From a virus (Duplodnaviria; Caudoviricetes), in the IMG/VR virus record IMGVR_UViG_3300045970_000131, positions 1-57,393 of that record: a stretch of DNA of 57,393 nucleotides. One strand, written 5' to 3'. Shown piece after piece: positions 1-9,000 of this stretch. The notes under the pieces were generated by a model. The model was not told the DNA's origin. It was given only the letters and a program-made list of their open reading frames with translations, and did not search any database. The position numbers were made by a program, and so were the translations under genes. Each line of letters starts with the position of its first letter. Positions within the stretch are counted from its first letter, which is position 1.

Positions 1-3000
1 CACCAGAATCAATCGGGTAAACTTTCCATTGCTCAATTGCACCCTTATCTGCACTCTCTGTTTCAATCTCAACCAATCCAGCGGCAATATCATCAAAGAC
101 TTGATTCATGTCCTTGCTATCTGATTTTATGAGTTGGAATAAGCGACGATTGCTAGCTAGCTTTTGCCATGCAGTGACTAAAATATTTACGTCATTGTTA
201 CGATTGAACGCTACATCCGATCCGTTATCACTTGATATTTGTTCCCCATTTGAGAAGGCTACTAGCGCCTTTCTTAGTGAATTTCTCAGCGCTTCAACAT
301 CTGAAATGTAGCGGGATGAACCTAAGTTTTGCAGCTTGGTGATAGCTTGATTTAAAAATCTGATGGTTGCATTCAAAAGACCTTTGAATTTATTACCGTC
401 TGCATTGGCCAGTTCTTGCAAGAACTTAGTATCACTCAATGCATCGCCAGTAAAGTCAGCTAATAGCTCACTTAATGCAGTTTCAGTCTTGTATGGCTTC
501 TCGCCATCTTTAAGCTTTTTGTTTAGATTTTCGTGATAAGCGCCGAAGTTTTGAATATATTGCTCGGCTTGCTCTTTGAACCATTCATGTAAGTCAGGGC
601 GTGTACGTTCTAATGAGTGATAAAGCTCATGCCCAGCAATAGTAGTTAGGTTTGTTTCGGCTCTTGCGTTGACGTAGATTGCACTGGGGCTGTTTCGCAG
701 CTGGACACCGGCAAAGATGTCGAAGTCTGGCTTGGTTGGGCTAACATATCGGAGCTCTTTTCCAAAGGCAGCTTTAATTTCTTGTTTGTATTCAAGAAGG
801 GTGTCAGGCACGTCAACCGATTCAAAACTATCACTCCAATTACTATCAAAATATTTAACCAATGCTTTGTTTAATACTTTAGCACCAAATTGGGATTTTG
901 ACTTTGTAAGCTGTAGTTTTGTACCGGTACCAAGCGAAAAGAACGGATCATTACGGCTGAAAAGTGGCAAGCCTTGCATGACTTGATCACGCATTTCAGG
1001 CGTGATAGTAATTGTATTTTGAACCAATCCAATTAAAGATGAATTTCCATCAGCATCTTCAAGTAGTTTTCCACTGTCAACATCTTGCAGCTCAACCTTT
1101 CCGCCACCAAGTTTTTTAAGCACGTCCTTGGCTACTTTAGGCACGATCTGATCATAGAATACGCGCATGCCTTCACCGCCTACCTTTAAATCATCTGCTT
1201 CAATGGTTCCAACTCTTGAATTTGTACTTGATTCAATGATTTTTTTGGCAACGTCTTTTCCTACAATATCCTCAAGTTTGTTTTCTGGAATGTTTGAAAA
1301 TCTTTCATCTTGCGCTTGCATTCCAACGCCATTAGCAATTGGGTTCAAATCATAAACATTTACCCCATTGTTAAGCCTTGCAGGGTTTGTGATAGTCCAT
1401 TTTATTTTATCAACTTGCTTACTCAAATCATATAAGTCAGCTGCTTGCTGGCCATTGATTAAAGCAACCTTATCGAAGCCGTTTTCAGCTGCATAGCGGA
1501 TCATGCGTTTCATGGCCAGCGATACCCAAGCATCAGTTTTGGTAACAAATGGTGCTGTTGGAATATCACCTATTCTTCTTGCCCCTTGCTCACTCAGCTG
1601 ATCAAACTCAACACCTTCTAATTCACTTAACGAGTTATTAAGCCATTTTTTGCGTAATTCATCATAACGGGCTTTAGCTTTAGGGTTTGTATTAAACCCT
1701 GTTTTCTTACCTGCTTGGCCCCAGTCCGATTGAATCTCGTTTATGAATAGCACCTTGTTGCCTTCTGCATCAGTGCGCTCGTCAAAGCGAACATGGGCTA
1801 AGATGTTTTTTTGTGTGAAGTGTCCAGAAGTATAATCATTGTTGCTATCTCGTGATTCTTTTGCTTCATATTGATTAATACTTAAAGGAAATCTATTCTG
1901 ATCGTCAGCAAATCTTTCAAACGCTTTAATTAGAATTTCATCATTAAGCTCAATTGCTCTTTGTTTCATTGTTTCAGTCGCTTGTAAGCTTTCATCAATA
2001 TACTGCTGAGCCTCTTCGCGTGTTTTAAATCCATCCTTTGGCTGATAACCAATAACTTGATAGGTCAATACTGGCTCGTGCCTTTCTGGTAAAGTCAGCA
2101 ACAACTCTTTGTAGTTATTGCCACCAGCCACGGTATAGTCTTTGTATTTTGTTGGCTTATACTTATTTTCACCCTTGGTAATGGTACTAACTGAGCCACC
2201 CATGTCGAGATTTACTTTATAGCCTAAGCTTTCCGCCTCTTCGACAAACTGATCCTCATCAATTTCACCATCATCTACCTGCATGACTAAATCTTGTAGG
2301 TCAGTAGGCATTGAATCAAAGTCTTTCGGGCTGTATGTTTCAGCATTGAATAATGCATCGCCTAAAATGGTTTCATCAACCTGTACGCCGTTATTATTGA
2401 GGTAGTCTAATACTTGCGCCTTAGTCACTTGGCCTTGTTGTAAATCGAGCCAATCACTAACGCCAGACCATTCAATTTCGTCCTGCTTCACGCCTTTTTG
2501 CGTAAGGTTTTTGATCAGGTTTTTCCATGCATCGGCAGGCGCTTTATTCAATTTAACGCCATCCACTGCACGTGTTAATGCACTGTAGAAAATAGGTGCA
2601 CGACTGAATAATGGATTGACATTTTCACTGGCAATGGTTGATAATTCTTTTACAGCTTCCGCGCCCAACTTACTGTCGGTAGAGTCAGCTCTAAGTTGCG
2701 TAGCTTTTTTGGTGTCATTCCCCGCCTTAATTGCATCGGATTGCTTTAATTTCCATCCAGTCAGTAACCACCCATTATTTCCCTTGTTCTTAACTAAAAT
2801 AGCCTCATAATCACCTTTGGCAACTACTATTTGCTGGTTATTGTTTATTTGGCTTTGTCTAATCACCTTACCACTTGCAATCGTATCAATAAGGTCTTTG
2901 GTTAGTAGCTTGTAAATATCATTCACAGACATGCCATCTTTAGCCATACGCTGTTTAATAATATGTTGAATACCTTTAAATTCATCACCCCATACAAAAT

Positions 3001-6000
3001 CAATCCAGCCAAGTTCATTGTGATACATGGCACGTTTTACATCAGCCTTAGTTATCAAGGCTTGATTCATGGATTTCTCACCATGCGTCACGTTAGCATC
3101 CACTGATTTCATAGGACTACGGCTAAATGAAACCTCTTCATCACCAGGGCGCTCAACATTCCGAAGCCTTACAAATATGCCAGCTGCTTTACCTTTTGGA
3201 TAATAGGCGAAGCGATCTGCCTCTCTTGCATTAGCAATTGATATTGATGGATCAGTAATAAATACGCCTTCGAGCTCTTTACCTTTATTGGTAGTCACTT
3301 TCTCAGCTGGCGCATTAGTGATGAGTTTGTCGCCTTTAATTTCAAAGGTAACATTCTGGCCAGATTTAGCAATCGCGCCAGACTCAGCGGCCTTAGCATC
3401 ACGCTCACGCGCCTCGATGTCCTTTTGTCGGGTAGATTCTGATTTTGTTTCTGCAGTAGCTGGCAATTGATCATCAGTTAATGGCTTGGCACGTGGCTTG
3501 AGCTCAAGGTCTTCAATGCGATCAAATAGGTCATTGATGTCGCTAATGCCTGTATAGTCTCGCTTTACTTGCTGAGGTGCATTTTCTGCGCTTGCTTTCT
3601 CGATGACAACAATGCGTGTATTAACTGCGGTACCTGCACGCTCAAATGTCACGCTTGGCAACTTAATGTCAGCGGCCAAATAGAGCCCGTCAGCTGGGCG
3701 GTAGGTTTCTTTACGCTTGCCAGTAGCCTTTACGTTAGTTACTGATGTAGGATTAACACCAACTTCGCCATTCGTGCCTTCAATCTTTACCAATAACATA
3801 TCATTGGATGCTCTAATCAGCTTGCCCGTAGCAGCCCAAGATAGACGTGACTCGATAGTGTCACCCTTATATAGCTTGCCTAATGTTGGATCATCAACTA
3901 ACGGCTTTACATCGCGCTCAGACTCTTCGTAAAACCACTTATCAAACTTCTGATCAGTAGCGCCCACTGGGATCAATGCAACAATGCGGCCACCGTCATT
4001 CAAGTGGCGTGCAGCTTTTGCTACGTGATCCACTGCAGTTCTACCAGCTGAACCAAAAGGCGGATTCATCACAATAGCATCGTACTTATTAATGATGTTT
4101 AGGTCTTCAAAGTCATGGCCAAGAATATTTCCGCCATACACCATGGCCAGTCTAGGGCGTAGCGCCATGCTTGGCTCAATAGCTGTTCTCTCTGAGTTTT
4201 CAGGCAGCCAGCGTGCAATCGCACCATGGCCAGCGCTTGGCTCTAATGATTTTTCACCAGCACGAATGTCAGCAAATTGCACCATCTTCAAGCCTACTGG
4301 TTCTGGTGTGGCGAAGTAGTCATTGCCTTCCTGTGCTTTTGTTTTGGCTGTTTTCTTTTGGGTACCGTAATAGAATGCTTTTGCACGATCAAACTCGGTC
4401 AAGGCTTCATTGGCTGCGCGATCACGCTCTTTACCGCCTTTGCCTTCGCCTTCCATGCCTGCACGATAATCGCCAGACTCTTCAAAGCCTGTAATAAATG
4501 CATCCTTGAGTGCGCGAGCTTGCTCACCCATGGCCAAGTTTTCAGCTGCACTAGCACGCTGCGCAATGGTTGTTGCAAAGGCCCAGCGCTCCCAGTTTGT
4601 ACCGGTATTTAAGTAACGGAAAATTGCATCAGTGACTTGGCCAGTACGATAAATACGGCCTTCTTGCTGGATTGATGTGGTTGGCTGTGTCGGCTGGCCA
4701 AGATTAAACAATACGCGCTGATGCTTGCCCGTAGTGTCGTGCAGGCTGATACCCTCTTTACCTGCAGCTGATTGCACCAAAATGACTTGCGCACCAGTAT
4801 TGTCATTGTTGAATTTAGCAACGTTCTCACGGCGCACCTTGCTTGGTACATCACCATTGAATAGCAGCACGTTAGGGAATTCAGTCTGGAAAGTAGTGAT
4901 CGGTGAAGATGATCTAAATTCTGGTGAATTTACAAGGTCGCTAAAATCAGATTTAAACTCATCAATTACCTGATTGACATCATCTGCATCGCTATCTGTC
5001 TGGCCTTCAGTTACATAGCCCATATTAAATGGGTTAAAGCCACCGCCCTTTTTATAGTCGTGGAATACCACAACCTTACGGCCAAGCGCCATATGCTCTT
5101 TAACGTGCGCAACTACTGCCTTGGCTTTGATTGCCTCTAGCAAATACCTGCGTGAAAGATAGTCAAACTTATCACTGAGTAACTTTTGCACTGCATAGAT
5201 AGCAGCTGTACGCTTCTTGTCTTCGGTGGCTTTTCTTTGCAGCTCGAACCATTGCAATGCCTGATCAATACGGGTACCGATGGCTGAGTCAATCAATACG
5301 AATTTACGGTCATAATCAGCATCGACATCGAGCATACGGCTAGATAAAACACCGTTCTTTTTCAGCCAAGTATTGAATTGGCGCTGCATTAGGCCGCGAT
5401 CTACCTTAGCATCTGGCTCAGTCAATTTGTTATAGCGCATTCTGTAACCAAAATGCTGCATCATGAATCGGTCTAGGTTACTGCCTGAATTGTAGCCACG
5501 GCCAGCGGTACCACTTGAGCCATCATTTGCTTGGCCCTCGTTGTAGTCGAATAGATAGCCGTTCGCCCAGTCAACCGTTTTTTCATAAGCGAATGGTGTT
5601 GCAGATAGAAACAATGTGCGAGTACGTGCTGCCCCTTGTGATTCTTTAACCTGTGCGCGAACCTTCTCATTGGTTTCACGATTTAAGGCAATAGCCTTGT
5701 CTAGCTCATCAGTAAGCTTGTCATTCAAAGCATCGTTATCAGCTGCTTGTTTATCAGTGAGTGATTGGCTTTTACCAAGTTCAATCGTTTCTTCAAGCTG
5801 TTCTTGAATTAATTTTAGCTTAGCAATGTCATCACGATAGAGCATTTCATGACGTGTGGCCATGCCTTGTGGGTGATTAGTAATAGCACGCAATGTCTTT
5901 AATGCATTGGTGTTGGTACCGTTCTTATCCATGGCAAGATAGTGGGCCTCATCATGTACGATTAAATCCCAGTTACGATCTGCCAGTGTTTTATTGCTGC

Positions 6001-9000
6001 CCATGTTGGCATAGGTAGTGATGGTGATGCCACTGCCTGCGTCAGTAGTTGAATCTAGGCGATTGATTTTTAGGCCAAGCAACTTGCCTGTGTTTTGCCA
6101 GTCTTCAATGATCTTATCGTTAGGCGCTACAATCAGGGTATTTTCTTTGCCAGCATTGGCAAAGCGCTTAATAACGCCTAAGCCGGTGAAGGTCTTACCG
6201 GTACCGGTACCGTTAGTAAACAACATGCCGTAGCCTTCTGGCTGGCTAAATCGTTCCTCAGTTTTGAATACATCTTCTTGCTGGCCAGCTTTTAGAATTG
6301 GTAATGTAGCGCGAACATTTTCTAGGGAATGCTCTTGTTTTACCTTGTCGGCCTTGATTTGCTCAATTTTGCTTATTGTTGGGAATAATCCGCCTTGAGC
6401 AAGCTCGTCAATTGCTGTTGCTGCGTTTGGTTCAATGGGCGCTCCTGTGATGCCACTATCACCGCCTCGCTGATCGACACTATTTCCAGCAGTGCCGACT
6501 TCCACTGTGGGTGATCCTGTGTAAACTTCGATATTGCTACGTTCTCTAGCAGTAGGGGTTTCAAATCCAAGTAACTCTCCGCTACTTGGTGATCCACTTT
6601 CTTGATCAGACTCTTGTATGCTTGATTCTCGTACTCGGCCATTTGATCCTGATTCATTTTGAATGCTTGTTTTGCCCAGTCTGTTTGCAGGCGCTGCGTT
6701 TTTGCTATCTGGTTCCAGATTGGTGCTGCTACGCTCGTTAGTGACATTTTTGCTATCCTTTAATTCATCAAGTGACTCAACACTGACTACATCACGTTTT
6801 TTACTGGCCTTATCGCCATACTTGCCAGCCATGCCAATATAGCTGCCTTGCAAGTGATCAATGCTCACGCTATCCGCTACATCATCGCCAATTTTAGCGC
6901 GGATTGTATCAAGCACAAACTTAGCTGCAGCTTTAAACTCATGATACCCAAGTCTGAATGCTGCATCAAACAGGCGTGTTAATACTTGGATTAGCTTTTG
7001 CTCTTGCTCTGGCGTGATGTTGCTGCGAAAGCCTCTGCCAAAAATTTCACCCAAATCACCAAGCGCATCATCAAGGTCAGATTTAGCCTTTTTAGTAGCT
7101 TCATCATTTTTTGGTGGCTCTGTCTCTTCTGGTGCAGGATCAGACAACAAATCACCCTGCCCTGCATATTGAGCATCAATCTGCTTTTCTACTGCTTTCT
7201 GTGTCTCTTCTTGGGTTTTAGCTTGGGGGGAAAGTTCAAAGCCTGCCGCTGCTAATTCTTGGCGCTGTTTACGCTCGGCTTCAATCTTAGCGGCACGCTC
7301 GGCCTTTAGTTGCTCGATTTTTTGCTTGGCTGTTTTTTTAGTAGCTTCAATGCCTGAGTTAATCTCAGCATTTGTTTGGCCAACTAAATCAAGTGTGGGT
7401 GCTACTTCTTGTCTGGGTGATTCGCGGTTTTCTGTTTGCTCAGAATTTTCTGCGCTTCCTGAATCTGCTGCTCGCTCAACGGCTGCTTGTCCAGAAGCAT
7501 TGTTCTCAGCATTCCCGCTACTATTGGGTTGTTGTTGCCCTTGTTCGGATTTCTTTGCATTCTTTATTTCCTCAAAAAGTTGCTTTCTGCTTTTTACTGG
7601 CACTTCACCAAACATAGCGCCTTGAAGTTTGTTAGTATCAGCTAGTTCAGATTGTTTTACAACAAAATCAGTCCAGCTTTTAAACGCTTCGGCAAGTTTG
7701 TTTTTAGCACGCATATTTGCAGCAAAAAACTCAGCAATCGCAACGGCTTCATCGCTAGTTAAAGCATCAACATTGGCCAAGTATTCACCAATAGGCTTAC
7801 CACTGCGCTTTGCATTGATAATGATACCAGCGGCCTCAACTGCTGCGCCGCGTATATCCATATCGTCTTTACCCTCAAGCTTAATCATTAAGGGTGCAGC
7901 CACGCCAAGTGCATTGATCACGTTCTTGGCTTCCTCATCGGTAGCCTCAGAATAAAGCCTTACCAGCTCATCACTGCCATATGCCTTATAAAATATGGCC
8001 GCATGTATGCGATCAATTGCTTGCCTGCTTATCTGGCCATTGCTGGATAACCCTGTTTTCTCGGTATCTGGTAATGATGCGATCCAGCGCTTAATGGATT
8101 CAACTGACAAATCACCTGATTCATCATGCTCAATGCTATCAATGTTTAAGCGCTGCGCATCATTCTTTGCCTGCTCAACTGGGCTTAGCTGTGCTGTTTG
8201 TGAAATATTGCTCAAATCACCAATGTCATTGGTAATGTGCTGCTCATTCATGACTCGAACTAATACTGGGTTTTTGAATGACTCTACTGCAGCTGGATCA
8301 ATCCCGACTTTGTTTGCCTTCTGGATTAGATCGGCTTTGTATTGTTCGGCTGTCTGTTGCTCATACCCGCGTGCAATACCAGCGGCACGTCCATTGCCAG
8401 CGATTACACGCATTTTACCGCCGGCCCCTGATTGATAGCTGTCATTGGGTATTCCACTAACATTGTGTGAAGTGATCAAGTCATTTGCATCAACTACTGC
8501 ATACTGGGTATCGTAGCGATTGCCTTTACCATCTACCGTCACATCTTTGTCGCCTACTGCAATATTACTTGGCAGCGCATTATCATTTCCGAAAACAATC
8601 GGCGCACCTGTTTGCATGTCGTTGCTAATGCCAGCGCGTAAGAAGTCAGGATTAGAAGCAATAGCCTGCATTTGGTTGATGCTAGATGGACTGGATCGGT
8701 CACGGTTTTGGAGTATTAAGCCATCTTGTGAAACCACATCTTGCGCACGTGACATTTCATCAGGCGGCAATAGATCAATCAGTGAATTGTCAGATCGAGT
8801 TGATACAGTAGTATCGCTTGTATCATTGGCTCGTAAATCATCGGCACTGGTTCCCATGGTTGGTTGGTTGCCAGAAAATTCAGCTCCTGTGCTTCCCGCT
8901 GCGGGATTAATAACAGGTCTACCATTTCCTGTAGGTTCTTGGCTAGCGGCTGATTCATTTTGACTGCTGACATTGGGTTGCTCCTGTGTGCTAACGTCTG

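Noticed and set aside
646-849. +1-frame minus ORF inside the peptidase region
   Set aside because: TTG start without SD, overlaps a structured domain, S/T/P-rich shadow composition; not counted as a nested gene
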